Origin: Candidatus Magasanikiibacteriota bacterium | GTDB taxonomy: Bacteria > Patescibacteriota > Patescibacteriia > Magasanikbacterales > UBA922 | DNA: 64,000 bases | Reading direction: 5' to 3' | Assembly (NCBI GenBank): GCA_018650645.1 | Contig: JABIFP010000027.1 | Span: forward strand, 24,379-88,378 | Shown: positions 46,698 to 56,581 of the stretch, piece by piece | Layout of the letters: each line of letters opens with the position of its first letter | Position numbering within the stretch: the first letter of the stretch is position 1 | The notes under the pieces: generated by a model | Told to the model about the DNA's origin: nothing | What the model saw: the letters and a program-made list of their open reading frames with translations, nothing else | The model's database searches: none | Translations under genes and position numbers: made by a program

Positions 46698-47660
46698 CTA
46701 CTGCGCATATACGCGCTCAACAAACCGAACATCAATGTATCTCGCGTCTTCAAGTGAGATACTTTGTTTTAGCGCCTCATCAAATCGCATCATTTGCTGG
46801 TCATCAACAGGAAGTACTCGTGTAAGCACCTGCTGACCTGATGTCAGATGCACGGTCAAATCTCTGCCATTATTCTCAAAAATCATATACGCAACCGGTG
46901 ACTGATGCTGCCCTTGCAAATGTTTATACCACTCCACGGCATGCACAATCACTCTTCCATCAATAATTTGCTCATTGTGAATCACCTCTGGCACACTCGA
47001 ATCATGCACAACCGGAAACTGTCCATAATTTGCTGCGATGTATGCTGTATCTGGAGTATGCCATCTATTTAATACATCAACGGTTGTTCGTACCGTGCCA
47101 TCTGCGAGCGTCGTCGTTGTTATTTCACTTTCTTCAAACCACTCATGCTCCCCTACTTTTCCAAGTTGCTCAATCACCACACCATCTAAATCAACCGTCA
47201 CATACTCTTCTCCTGTATCAAAAATCACGGTTGATATTTTTTCAGCAATATCGATCTGTATTTTATTTGGAAACAACTTTGTAACAGATAACTCATCTAG
47301 TGGGTATTTACTATTAAGCGCCTCGTAAATAGTATCTTCACTTACTAAAAAGAAATTCCTTTCTGGCAAAATTAATAATCGATTATATTCAATAGCAGCA
47401 TTTGCCGTAGAGTGAAATTCTGTTCGGTCGAGCCGTACAAGACCAGACACGTCGATAACGGAAATACGAAAAAATGGATGGTACAGTAATAGACCAATCG
47501 ATGCGCAAAAACACAGTAGTGCAAACAATAATTTTATTCGCTGTCCTTTTGCAATAACACCACGTTCAGGTGCTCTCCTAATGGTTCGTGATACCGGTGT
47601 ACCATAAACGGGACGCATGACATGCGCCCTTTGTTTCTGCTTTCTTCTTTTATTCCACAT
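46698..47660 (-). CDS. ftsQ: FtsQ/DivIB-like POTRA protein
   Basis: Basic N-terminus, TM helix, POTRA-like FRISVIDVSG...KLFPNKIQIDIAEK, terminal YIDVRF. Confidence 0.78.
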   Translation of the reverse strand: MWNKRRKQKQRAHVMRPVYGTPVSRTIRRAPERGVIAKGQRIKLLFALLCFCASIGLLLYHPFFRISVIDVSGLVRLDRTEFHSTANAAIEYNRLLILPERNFFLVSEDTIYEALNSKYPLDELSVTKLFPNKIQIDIAEKISTVIFDTGEEYVTVDLDGVVIEQLGKVGEHEWFEESEITTTTLADGTVRTTVDVLNRWHTPDTAYIAANYGQFPVVHDSSVPEVIHNEQIIDGRVIVHAVEWYKHLQGQHQSPVAYMIFENNGRDLTVHLTSGQQVLTRVLPVDDQQMMRFDEALKQSISLEDARYIDVRFVERVYAQ

Positions 47661-47669
47661 AACTGCAGA

Positions 47670-48692
47670 TTAAAATCCTCGGCGCAACTTTCTATACAAA
47701 TCGATAAGACTGCTCAGTCGATATCGTAATGGTGAGATAATCAAATCGTGACAATGAATTAGTTTTAGATATGATCCACCAAATCCTTTTTTAAAATGTG
47801 TAATGCCGTAAAATGGATGAGATGCTGAAGCTCCCTCTGGAGCAATTCCCCAGAAATTATACCATTTCATACCACGCTTTTTAGCTTCTTGAATAGCACG
47901 CCATTGAATAAGGTACGCTGAAGGTAACCGTTTATCTAACTGCATTGATGCACTATGTCTATAACACGCCATGTTTCCGTAAAAAATGATGATTGCAGAG
48001 CCGTCTATTCTTCCATCCGGCAATACCGCTTCAAATATTATCGCCTCACCCTTTTCTGCAAATGCCTTAAACTCTGCATCAACAAATGATCTTGGAAATC
48101 GCACAAAATTGTGTCGCTTCCCAATCTCATCGTGCATATCATTTAGTCTACTGAGCGCTTCATCATCAGTAAGCATATTAATCTCTACACCGTCTCGCTC
48201 ACAACGGCGCACTAAATTCCGATGATTTTTTTTCATTCCTTTTAGGAGTTCTTCTTCTGAAAGAGAAATATCAAGAAGCCAGGTATCTTCCGCAAGAATA
48301 TGTAGGGGGGCTTGTTTCATGCCAACAGCTTTCATCCACTTTTCAGTATCAGTTCCCTGCTCTTTAAATGGTGAAATTTTAATGTGCACATATCCTTCCT
48401 GCTTTGCATGTGCGTGTAACGCATCAAAAAGGATGTGCATGTCTTTTTCTGATGTTACTACAGGTCCATATGGAAGAAGTAAAAAAGACCCACGTTTTGC
48501 ATGTACTCCAACGGCAACAGCGCCCCCCACAATCTGATCGCCTGAAAAAAGACCCATAATTACAGAAGGTTCACCAATATCATTATATACCGCAGTATTT
48601 GTTGATGATTGCGTGAAGAGCGTATATGGCTGCGTTTTATAAAATGTATCCCACGTAGCAGCATTTGTAATAATTTTAGCTTCAGTCTTCAT
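47670..48692 (-). CDS. FemABX-family peptidoglycan bridge aminoacyltransferase
   Basis: PYGPV, LLKGMKKNHRNLVRR, YLIQWRAIQEAK, YNFWGI, FKKGFGG. Confidence 0.9.
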   Translation of the reverse strand: MKTEAKIITNAATWDTFYKTQPYTLFTQSSTNTAVYNDIGEPSVIMGLFSGDQIVGGAVAVGVHAKRGSFLLLPYGPVVTSEKDMHILFDALHAHAKQEGYVHIKISPFKEQGTDTEKWMKAVGMKQAPLHILAEDTWLLDISLSEEELLKGMKKNHRNLVRRCERDGVEINMLTDDEALSRLNDMHDEIGKRHNFVRFPRSFVDAEFKAFAEKGEAIIFEAVLPDGRIDGSAIIIFYGNMACYRHSASMQLDKRLPSAYLIQWRAIQEAKKRGMKWYNFWGIAPEGASASHPFYGITHFKKGFGGSYLKLIHCHDLIISPLRYRLSSLIDLYRKLRRGF

Positions 48693-49893
48693 GTATATAT
48701 GGCTTAATGAGCGAAACAATGCGCTGAGCTTTTCGCTCGGTGATTTTTTTATGTGTGGGAAGATTTACAATATGTGATGCAAAAAATTCTGCTTGCGGAC
48801 AACTGCCTGCCACATACATCATCTGCTGCGCATCGATATCTTTTGGTCCGATTGGCGTACTATACCAATCGCCTAAAAGTACGCCCCGAAACTTGATCTG
48901 TGTAATAGCTGTAACACTATCAGCAACAAGTAAGGGATACCGACAAAATACAGCACCTGAAATCAAATCATCCTCAAACGCATCTTTATATATTCTTCCT
49001 ATCTTTTTTCTGTGCCAAGCCAGACGATCTGCTCGTTTTAATTCAGGTAGCAGCATATATGCAATAATATTATTCATCTTTGCTGGCGCATACGTTGCAA
49101 GTTCACCACTTTTTTCTGACTGCTCAATAAATTTGTGCAATACCTGCAGTTTACGAAGCGCACCAAGAATATATCTACCACCAAATGAATACATAGGCTT
49201 GAAACACCAAAACATGAGTATAGTAAACAGATGCAGTGAAACGATGCCTGTTGGCAAATATGGAAGCTCACTAAGACGTGTAAAGATATCTTTCTGATAC
49301 ATCGAATTATTAATAACAAGCGCTCCTCCTCTTCCGCATGAAATAGCTTTGTCTGAACCAAAACTGAGAACGGCAAGATCACCGAGCGTTCCTAGTAACG
49401 TTCCCTCTAGTGTAGAAGAATATGTATGCGCGCAATCTTCAATGATAGCAATATCGTGTTTTTTCACGCAATCTTTTATACCCGGTATGTCTGCGGGAAT
49501 ACCAAAGGTATGCTGCACAACAATTGCCCTTGTGCGGTCAGAAATAGCGCTCTCTAGCGCTGAAACATCAATACTGTAGCGTTTATCAACATCCACATAC
49601 ACAACTGCTGCACCTGCAGCACGAACAGCATTTACAACAACTGCACAGGTAAATGCCTGCAAGATTACTTCATCGCCCTTTTTGAGTGATAGTGTTTGTA
49701 ATGCAAGAAGTAATGCAGACCTTCCTGAATCTACAGCTACTGTTTTTGCTCCGTATCGACTCGTTAATGCGCTCTCCACTTTGTCTACGTATGATCCTTT
49801 TTTCCAGCGGAACCAAAAGAACGGCGAATATGCAAATTTTGCACGGAGCGCCTGTCGCCAACATACATGTGGACCCATGCCAGTAAATATCAT
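48682..49893 (-). CDS. DegT/DnrJ/EryC1/StrS PLP-dependent aminotransferase
   Basis: SGRSAL, QHTFGIPA, IIEDCAH, SFGSDKAIS..GG, NLPTH; start moved to ATG 49893. Confidence 0.9.
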   Translation of the reverse strand: MIFTGMGPHVCWRQALRAKFAYSPFFWFRWKKGSYVDKVESALTSRYGAKTVAVDSGRSALLLALQTLSLKKGDEVILQAFTCAVVVNAVRAAGAAVVYVDVDKRYSIDVSALESAISDRTRAIVVQHTFGIPADIPGIKDCVKKHDIAIIEDCAHTYSSTLEGTLLGTLGDLAVLSFGSDKAISCGRGGALVINNSMYQKDIFTRLSELPYLPTGIVSLHLFTILMFWCFKPMYSFGGRYILGALRKLQVLHKFIEQSEKSGELATYAPAKMNNIIAYMLLPELKRADRLAWHRKKIGRIYKDAFEDDLISGAVFCRYPLLVADSVTAITQIKFRGVLLGDWYSTPIGPKDIDAQQMMYVAGSCPQAEFFASHIVNLPTHKKITERKAQRIVSLIKPYIHED

Positions 49894-49897
49894 ACGA

Positions 49898-51490
49898 TTA
49901 CTTATCCTTACGGATTTCTTTAAGCGTAAGTGGATATAGCCGATTTTCAAGTAGTACAACAACATCCTTTGAGTACAGTGATTTTACGTATGTCATAAGT
50001 GTAAGGTCTGTATCGATCACCTGCATTTCAGTGTTATATTTTCCTACCAGCCCGCGCTTCATAGGTTCTTCATATTCATTCTTTATCAAAATGAGCTCGT
50101 CTGCACTAAATGCGATTGCACCGGCAACTTCTTCATGTAACTCATCAGAGCGATCACCAAGCTCAAGCATACCTCTTGTAATGACAATTCTATGCTTGCT
50201 TGATGGATACGAAGAAAGAATAGTAAGTGCTGCCTTAAATCCATCTGGATTACTATTGTATGAATCATCCAATATAATGGCACTTCCATACATATAAGTA
50301 GTCAGCACAATTTCAGGAATAGAGAGCTCTGAAACTGCCTGCGTAATCTCCTGCTGACTCATACCAAGATGATCTGCTACAATCACACATGGTGCAATAT
50401 TCATTGCAATATGCTCTCCCATCACAGGAGCTGCAAGAATATGTGATTCTTTATATAGCGTATATTGAAATTTCAACTCTTGGTCTTTTACTTTAATATC
50501 AACTATATGAAGCCGTGGATCGTGATCGGAATCAAACCCAAACAGCGCTTTTTTTGCCTTCACCGAATCTATAAGCGACATGCAGTGCGGATTATCTGCA
50601 TTTACCACCGCTAATCCATCCTCAGGCAATGATTGCAGCAATTCATACTTTGTCTTTGTTGTGTTTTCTACAGTCTTAAAGAGTGCAAGGTGCTGTTCAT
50701 TAATTGCCGTTAAAACACCAATCTCTGGGCCAACCATATCAGAGATGATTTTTATTTCTCCCATTCTGTATGCACCCATTTCGACCACAAAAATATCCGC
50801 ATCAGCAAATGATGTTCGCAAAATAAATAGTGCAATACCAATATCCGCATTGATATTTTTTGGTGTCTTAATTACCTTAAAATTTTTCCCTAATATCTCT
50901 GAAAGAAACTCTTTCGTCGTTGTTTTTCCGTAGCTTCCTGTAATACCAATTACTCGCAATTGAGAGGCTCTCTTAATTTTTTTTGTTGCGAGCTTTACTA
51001 TCGCCCATTTGGTAATTTTAGAGGGTACACCAATCACCGCTAGCGCAGCAAAGGCAATCAGAAATCGAGCTGATAGAAGTGGTGCAATTGTCGTATCACT
51101 AACCGATAATAAGATAATGCTTCCCTCAAACAGGAGAGCAAGCAATAGCAGTAATGTTACCTTCATGGTAAATACTGGTCTACTTAACCCCCTTCTCTGC
51201 TTACGCATAACAAGCGCAAGTAGATCTGTTAGCACAACAATGGCAATAATTACCTCCAGAGAAAACCAATGTGATAAAAATCCATACACAATAATAATCC
51301 AAATCACGCGCCACAAATAGGTATATTCTAATAGCTTTGCATGCCCTTCGTGAGAATGAAAATAGTCACTTAATCTATCCCATCTATATTCCTTTAGCTG
51401 AAGCGCATAGAGATGCTCGATATATTCGAGTGCTGCCGTTGCAAGCCACACGGCCCCAAGAGCAACTAACATTGGAGTAGAAAAAATCAT
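49898..51490 (-). CDS. murF: UDP-MurNAc-tripeptide--D-Ala-D-Ala ligase with N-terminal TM region
   Basis: GITGSYGKTTTKE, VVEMGAY..GEI, DDSYNSNPDG, GMLELG, LLEN. Confidence 0.9.
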   Translation of the reverse strand: MIFSTPMLVALGAVWLATAALEYIEHLYALQLKEYRWDRLSDYFHSHEGHAKLLEYTYLWRVIWIIIVYGFLSHWFSLEVIIAIVVLTDLLALVMRKQRRGLSRPVFTMKVTLLLLLALLFEGSIILLSVSDTTIAPLLSARFLIAFAALAVIGVPSKITKWAIVKLATKKIKRASQLRVIGITGSYGKTTTKEFLSEILGKNFKVIKTPKNINADIGIALFILRTSFADADIFVVEMGAYRMGEIKIISDMVGPEIGVLTAINEQHLALFKTVENTTKTKYELLQSLPEDGLAVVNADNPHCMSLIDSVKAKKALFGFDSDHDPRLHIVDIKVKDQELKFQYTLYKESHILAAPVMGEHIAMNIAPCVIVADHLGMSQQEITQAVSELSIPEIVLTTYMYGSAIILDDSYNSNPDGFKAALTILSSYPSSKHRIVITRGMLELGDRSDELHEEVAGAIAFSADELILIKNEYEEPMKRGLVGKYNTEMQVIDTDLTLMTYVKSLYSKDVVVLLENRLYPLTLKEIRKDK

Positions 51491-52236
51491 AGAGTTCGTA
51501 AAAATTGCTGAATACGCTCATGTAGCTCCTGCGGCATTTTTATATGTATTCCATGCGTTGCGCCATCAAAAATGTGCATGGTAGCGTCCTTAATTTTGCT
51601 GTGAATGCGCTTTCCATGTCTAAGTGGCGTATATCTATCAGCACTACCCCACACAACAAGTGTAGGAAGGGTGATTTGTGCAAGCATATGCTGCACATCA
51701 AATCTGATAACACGCAAAAAAATCTTTTGCTTCATTCCCTTTGCATTTGTATAGTCTGGTGATCCAATGACTCTATATAGTTTGTATCGTATGTTGTTAG
51801 CAATCTTTTTTGACGTAAATGATAAAAGTACTTTTGCAAAGAATGAAGCGGCCTTTCCAAGCGCACGTCGAACAAATTTCTTCGGCCGAATAATTGCAGC
51901 GCCACTTAATACGACAGCATCAACTCCAGCCTGCCCATTATGCCCCAGCATATACGTAAGCACTTGCCCACCAAAACTATGACCAAGAACAACAATCTTT
52001 GCATGCGCATGCTTATTCTTTATTCGATGAATTTCTTGCTGAACATATGTTGCATATTCAGGAACATCCCAAACGCTTTCCGGACACGATTTTGCACCAA
52101 AACAAGGCAATTCAATCACCTCCACATCTACATACTCACCGCTTTTTTGCGCTCTATCAGTAAATTTCTTCCAACTAGAAGCATCACCTCCCCAGCCGGG
52201 AATGATTACTAATACACGTTGCGCAAAAGAAGCCAT
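51487..52236 (-). CDS. Alpha/beta hydrolase
   Basis: PGWGG, GHSFGG nucleophile elbow, WGSAD, ATHG. Confidence 0.88.
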   Translation of the reverse strand: MASFAQRVLVIIPGWGGDASSWKKFTDRAQKSGEYVDVEVIELPCFGAKSCPESVWDVPEYATYVQQEIHRIKNKHAHAKIVVLGHSFGGQVLTYMLGHNGQAGVDAVVLSGAAIIRPKKFVRRALGKAASFFAKVLLSFTSKKIANNIRYKLYRVIGSPDYTNAKGMKQKIFLRVIRFDVQHMLAQITLPTLVVWGSADRYTPLRHGKRIHSKIKDATMHIFDGATHGIHIKMPQELHERIQQFLRTL

Positions 52237-52238
52237 AG

Positions 52239-53495
52239 TTATCCAATATATTCTTTACCAACGTACTTAGCGAGTACCGCTGGAAGTTTAATACGACCAT
52301 CTTCTTGCTGAAAGTTTTCTACTAATGCAATTGGGAATCTTGATAAAACGATTGCTGTTCCATTAAGTGTATGTACAAACTCCGTTTTCCCCTCGTCATT
52401 CTTATGGCGGATTTGTAATCTTCTTGCTTGGTAATCTGTGCAATTACTTGTTGATGTGATTTCTCCGTACCCCGCCACATTGTTTTCGTCTCCATTCATC
52501 ACCATGAGCGCTTCAATATCATACTTTCTGTACGCTGGCGCTCCAAGGTCCGCAGAAGGAATATCAATCACGCGGTATGGAAATTCAAGCCCATCACAAA
52601 TCTCTTTTTCAATGGCAAGAAGCTCCCGATGCATTGCTTCAGACTCTTCTTTTTTACAAAATACGAACAGCTCTAGTTTTGTAAATTGATGTACTCTGTA
52701 GAGTCCCTTACTCGTTCTTCCATATGCGCCACTTTCTTTTCTGTAGCAATGACTGATTGCAGCATATTTAACAGGACCATTTGAGAGATCCATGATCTCA
52801 TTCGCATGCAAACCAAGAGTTGTAATCTCTGCTGTTCCTATTAAAGCAAGATCCGTATTTTCTACCGTATAAATCTGATCCTCTTCTCCTCTTGGGTTAA
52901 ATCCAGCTCCCATCAATATTGATTCCTTTGCCATGTCTGGTGTCTCGATTGGCAAAAATCCATGTTTTTCTGCAATATCTAATCCATATTGCAGCAGTCC
53001 CATGTTCAGTCGTACCAAATCACCCTTTGCAAAATAAAATTTTGATCCAGTAACCTTTGCACCGCGCTCAAAATCGAGCATATCACTGGCAGAAAGTAAT
53101 TCCTCATGATCTTTTGGCGTAAAACTGAATGCCGGCATCTCTCCCTTTGTAGAAACAACAACATATGCATCTTCCTCACCAACTGGTGAATCGGGATGCA
53201 TGCGATTTGGTACACTTGCAAGAAGAGCTGTGTAGGTGTTCATTATCTCGCGCAAGGTTCCCTCTTTTTCAGAAATATTTGAACTAAGCGCCTTCATTTG
53301 TTCTAGCGCATCAGGAGATGGTTTTCCTTTTGGTTGCGCTTTTTGCTGTGCACGAAGTCCATCGAGCTCTTGCTGCATGGCTCGTCTTTGCTCATCGCTT
53401 GCAAGAAGCGCTTCAATATCACAAGAAACGTTGCGTGCTTTGCAGTTTGCCTGTACTTCCTCCACGTTTTCACGAATGTATGCAATGTCTAACAT
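52239..53495 (-). CDS. serS: Serine--tRNA ligase
   Basis: LIGTAE, GLYRVHQFTKLE, TSNCTDYQARR, HTLNGT. Confidence 0.97.
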   Translation of the reverse strand: MLDIAYIRENVEEVQANCKARNVSCDIEALLASDEQRRAMQQELDGLRAQQKAQPKGKPSPDALEQMKALSSNISEKEGTLREIMNTYTALLASVPNRMHPDSPVGEEDAYVVVSTKGEMPAFSFTPKDHEELLSASDMLDFERGAKVTGSKFYFAKGDLVRLNMGLLQYGLDIAEKHGFLPIETPDMAKESILMGAGFNPRGEEDQIYTVENTDLALIGTAEITTLGLHANEIMDLSNGPVKYAAISHCYRKESGAYGRTSKGLYRVHQFTKLELFVFCKKEESEAMHRELLAIEKEICDGLEFPYRVIDIPSADLGAPAYRKYDIEALMVMNGDENNVAGYGEITSTSNCTDYQARRLQIRHKNDEGKTEFVHTLNGTAIVLSRFPIALVENFQQEDGRIKLPAVLAKYVGKEYIG

Positions 53496-54082
53496 ATGGT
53501 TGTTTCAAGATAGGTGATAATTTTTTGTAATGCCTTTCCTCTATGCGAATAACTGTTTTTTTCTGATTTACTCATCTCTGCAAATGTTTTTTCAGCCTCA
53601 TCGACATAAAACACGTGATTAAATCCCCATTTCATATGAGATGACTCATATGGTTCATCCGTTATATGACCGCTACATGAACCATATGCCGCATACAATT
53701 CCTTGCATCGTGGGTCATAGTACGCTAGCCAACCCTGAAACGTTGCCGTCCGCTTACTTGTCTCTACACCGTCAAGCTCTTTCAGAATCAACGCAAGTTT
53801 TGTTTCATGTGTTGGAGCAACTCTGGCGCTTCGTACTCCCGGCCACCCATCAAGCGCGTCACAAAACAATCCCCCATCATCAGCGAGCGTCGGTAAACCT
53901 GTTTGCTCTGCGTAGTATTGCGCTTTAAGCACAGCATTTTCTAACAGTGTCTCTCCTGTTTCTTCAGGTTCAATTATGTCTGGAAAATCTTTTAGTGTTA
54001 CTAATTCAATATCAAGATCAGCAAACGGTAAACGAAGCTCTTCAATTTTACCAGCGTTTCCTGTACCAAGAAGAAGTTTCAT
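53489..54082 (-). CDS. rdgB: Non-canonical purine NTP pyrophosphatase (RdgB/HAM1)
   Basis: GTGNAGKIEE, ENAVLKA, ADDGGL, PGVRSAR, SHRGKAL. Confidence 0.93.
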   Translation of the reverse strand: MKLLLGTGNAGKIEELRLPFADLDIELVTLKDFPDIIEPEETGETLLENAVLKAQYYAEQTGLPTLADDGGLFCDALDGWPGVRSARVAPTHETKLALILKELDGVETSKRTATFQGWLAYYDPRCKELYAAYGSCSGHITDEPYESSHMKWGFNHVFYVDEAEKTFAEMSKSEKNSYSHRGKALQKIITYLETTIC

Positions 54083-54083
54083 A

Positions 54084-54503
54084 CTAGACCATGTTGCTTA
54101 TATACGACTTGATTAATCCGCTTTTGTGTTGCTCTGGTTTATATGCAGTCATTCTTTTAACTTCAATCTGCAACGATTCATTGGCAATCATTTCTTGCAA
54201 TTTTTCTACGTACGCCTCCTGATCGTACCCCAGACAAATAATATCTGGCTGTAATTCTCTAACGACCTTATATACATCAGCGCTGTCACCTATAACTGCT
54301 TCATCAATAAGATCTATATGAGCTATCAGTGCTCTCCGCTCATTTTGCGTATGCACAGGTGCTTGTCCTTTTACTTTTTGCGCATTTGCATCAGTTGCAA
54401 CGACTACAATGAGTCTATCAGCAGCAGCCTTTGCTTGCTTCAGCAAATCGACATGTCCTAGGTGCAACACATCAAATGTGCCAAATACCATGGCTGTTTT
54501 CAT
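54084..54503 (-). CDS. Cytidylyltransferase-family nucleotidyltransferase (archaeal FAD synthase RibL-like)
   Basis: FGTFDVLHLGH (HxGH), LIVVVATD, PDIICLGYDQ. Confidence 0.8.
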   Translation of the reverse strand: MKTAMVFGTFDVLHLGHVDLLKQAKAAADRLIVVVATDANAQKVKGQAPVHTQNERRALIAHIDLIDEAVIGDSADVYKVVRELQPDIICLGYDQEAYVEKLQEMIANESLQIEVKRMTAYKPEQHKSGLIKSYISNMV

Positions 54504-54505
54504 AT

Positions 54506-55972
54506 CTATTCTTTTGGTTTTACAAGTGGGAACGTTGTTACCTCTCTAAGCGTATGCGATCCAGTAATAAGAGCAGCAAATCGATCAATCCCGATTCCTG
54601 TTCCCGTTGCTGGCGGCATAGCATGTTCAAGCGCCTCAACATAATCATGATCGTACTGCATTGCTTCATCATCACCATCAGCTCTGTCTTGCGCCTGCTT
54701 TTCAAATCTCTCACGCTGATCAATCGGATCATTAAGTTCAGTATAACTGTTACTTAACTCAAATCCATTCACAATTAGCTGGAACATCTCTGTATACCGT
54801 GGATCCTCTGCTTTTTTGGCAAGTGGTTTTAATTCCGCTGGGTAATTGAGAACAAATGTTGGCTGAATAATGCTTGGCCGAGCAGTTTGTTTATACAAAT
54901 TATCAACGAGCTTTCCTCGTGAAGCACTTGGATCAACGTCGTATCCTTTTTCTTTCATGATTGCTCCAAGCGATTGCTTATCAGCATAATCATTAATATC
55001 GATTCCAGAATGTTCAAGTACAACATCATGGAATGTTACTCGTGGATATGGACCAGCAAAATCAATCTTGTGCCCATCATGTTCAACAATAAGAGATCCA
55101 ACTGCTTCTTTTACAATATATGGAAGCATTCTTTCGTGAAGCACCATATTGTCTTCATAATCTGCGTATGCCCAATAGAATTCAATCATGGTGAATTCAG
55201 GATTATGCTGTCTATCTACTCCTTCGTTTCTAAAAGCTCTTCCAATTTCAAATGTTTTTTCAAACCCACCCACAAGCAGCCGCTTCTGCCACAACTCACC
55301 AATACAAATGCGTAAATGCACATCTAAATCAAATGCATTTAAATGTGTATCGAATGTTTTTGCCATGGCACCAGATGCAATCGTTTCAAGCATAGGCGTT
55401 TCAACTTCCATAAACCCTTCACCATGCAAAAAGTCTCGCATTGCACGCACCAGTCGTGAACGTACTTCAATTTTTTCTTTTTCTTCAGGATTCACCAAAA
55501 AATCGATATATCTTTTTCTATATCGAAGCTCTTCATCATTCATGCCGTGAAATTTGTCTGGAAGTGGTAATAGCGCCTTTGAAAGAAGCGTCCAACTAGC
55601 AATCATTACTGATTGTTCTCCTTTATGCGTTACAAATCTCTCACCAGTAATTTGTAAGATGTCTCCAACGTCAAGTTTTTTTACAAATACTTTATACGAT
55701 TCTTTTCCGATGTCATCTTGCTTTAATGCAATTTGCACTTGCCCAGAGGCATCACGAAGCTGACAAAATGCAAGTTTCCCCATATCTCTTTTGAGCATGA
55801 GTCTTCCGGTAATTGTAACTGTACTTCCCTCTGCTTCTTCAAGTGCCTGCTTTGCTGTATGTGTCCGCGACACACGCGCAGGATACGGATTAATACCCAA
55901 TTCTTTTAAATCCTCCAATTTCTGTAGTCGAGCTTTGCGCTCGTCGTTTACGTTGCTGTTTTCTTGTGACAT
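54506..55972 (-). CDS. lysS: Lysine--tRNA ligase (class II)
   Basis: PDKFHG, YRKRYID, FRNEG..HNPEFTM, YTELNDP, GIGIDR. Confidence 0.97.
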   Translation of the reverse strand: MSQENSNVNDERKARLQKLEDLKELGINPYPARVSRTHTAKQALEEAEGSTVTITGRLMLKRDMGKLAFCQLRDASGQVQIALKQDDIGKESYKVFVKKLDVGDILQITGERFVTHKGEQSVMIASWTLLSKALLPLPDKFHGMNDEELRYRKRYIDFLVNPEEKEKIEVRSRLVRAMRDFLHGEGFMEVETPMLETIASGAMAKTFDTHLNAFDLDVHLRICIGELWQKRLLVGGFEKTFEIGRAFRNEGVDRQHNPEFTMIEFYWAYADYEDNMVLHERMLPYIVKEAVGSLIVEHDGHKIDFAGPYPRVTFHDVVLEHSGIDINDYADKQSLGAIMKEKGYDVDPSASRGKLVDNLYKQTARPSIIQPTFVLNYPAELKPLAKKAEDPRYTEMFQLIVNGFELSNSYTELNDPIDQRERFEKQAQDRADGDDEAMQYDHDYVEALEHAMPPATGTGIGIDRFAALITGSHTLREVTTFPLVKPKE

Positions 55973-56056
55973 ATATTTCTGAATAGATGAGGTCGATTTT
56001 TCCCTCAGTATAGCAAAGTTAGCAGATAAATCAAACGCCCCATGTGGGGCGCTCAG

Positions 56057-56515
56057 CTATGAAATGTTTAGAATTTCGTACTCTTGCTTTCCCGCCGGAA
56101 TCTCTACTTCCACGGTATCTCCCTTGCGCTTGCCAAAAAAGGCTTCACCTAGCGGAGATTCGTTTGAAATCTTGCCCACAAGAGGCTCAGCTTCCTGCGC
56201 GCCAACAAGCATATAGGTCTTCTCTTTACCCTTTACTCTTACCGTTACTGATGATCCAAGAGAGACTGTATCAGTCTTTCCGCCAGTAATAATCTGCGCA
56301 TTATCAATAACTGCCTGAACTTCCAAACTTCTTGCTTTTTGCCACCCAAGCTGCTCCCTCGCCGCATGATATTCTGCATTTTCAGATAAATCACCCATCT
56401 GACGAGCCTCATCAATACGTACAGCCGTTGTCGGCATACCCACTTCAATGAGATCCTTTAATTCTACTTTTAATGCCTCGAGTTTTTCTTTTGAAACGTA
56501 TTGTATATCTGCCAT
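56057..56515 (-). CDS. greA: Transcription elongation factor GreA
   Basis: GDLSENAEYHAAR, ISNESPLGEA. Confidence 0.96.
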   Translation of the reverse strand: MADIQYVSKEKLEALKVELKDLIEVGMPTTAVRIDEARQMGDLSENAEYHAAREQLGWQKARSLEVQAVIDNAQIITGGKTDTVSLGSSVTVRVKGKEKTYMLVGAQEAEPLVGKISNESPLGEAFFGKRKGDTVEVEIPAGKQEYEILNIS

Positions 56516-56581
56516 ATCAAGTGCTTATGAACCAAACACATCCGCTTGCTGCGGATGCTCAGTTAGTATAGCAAACTCTGC

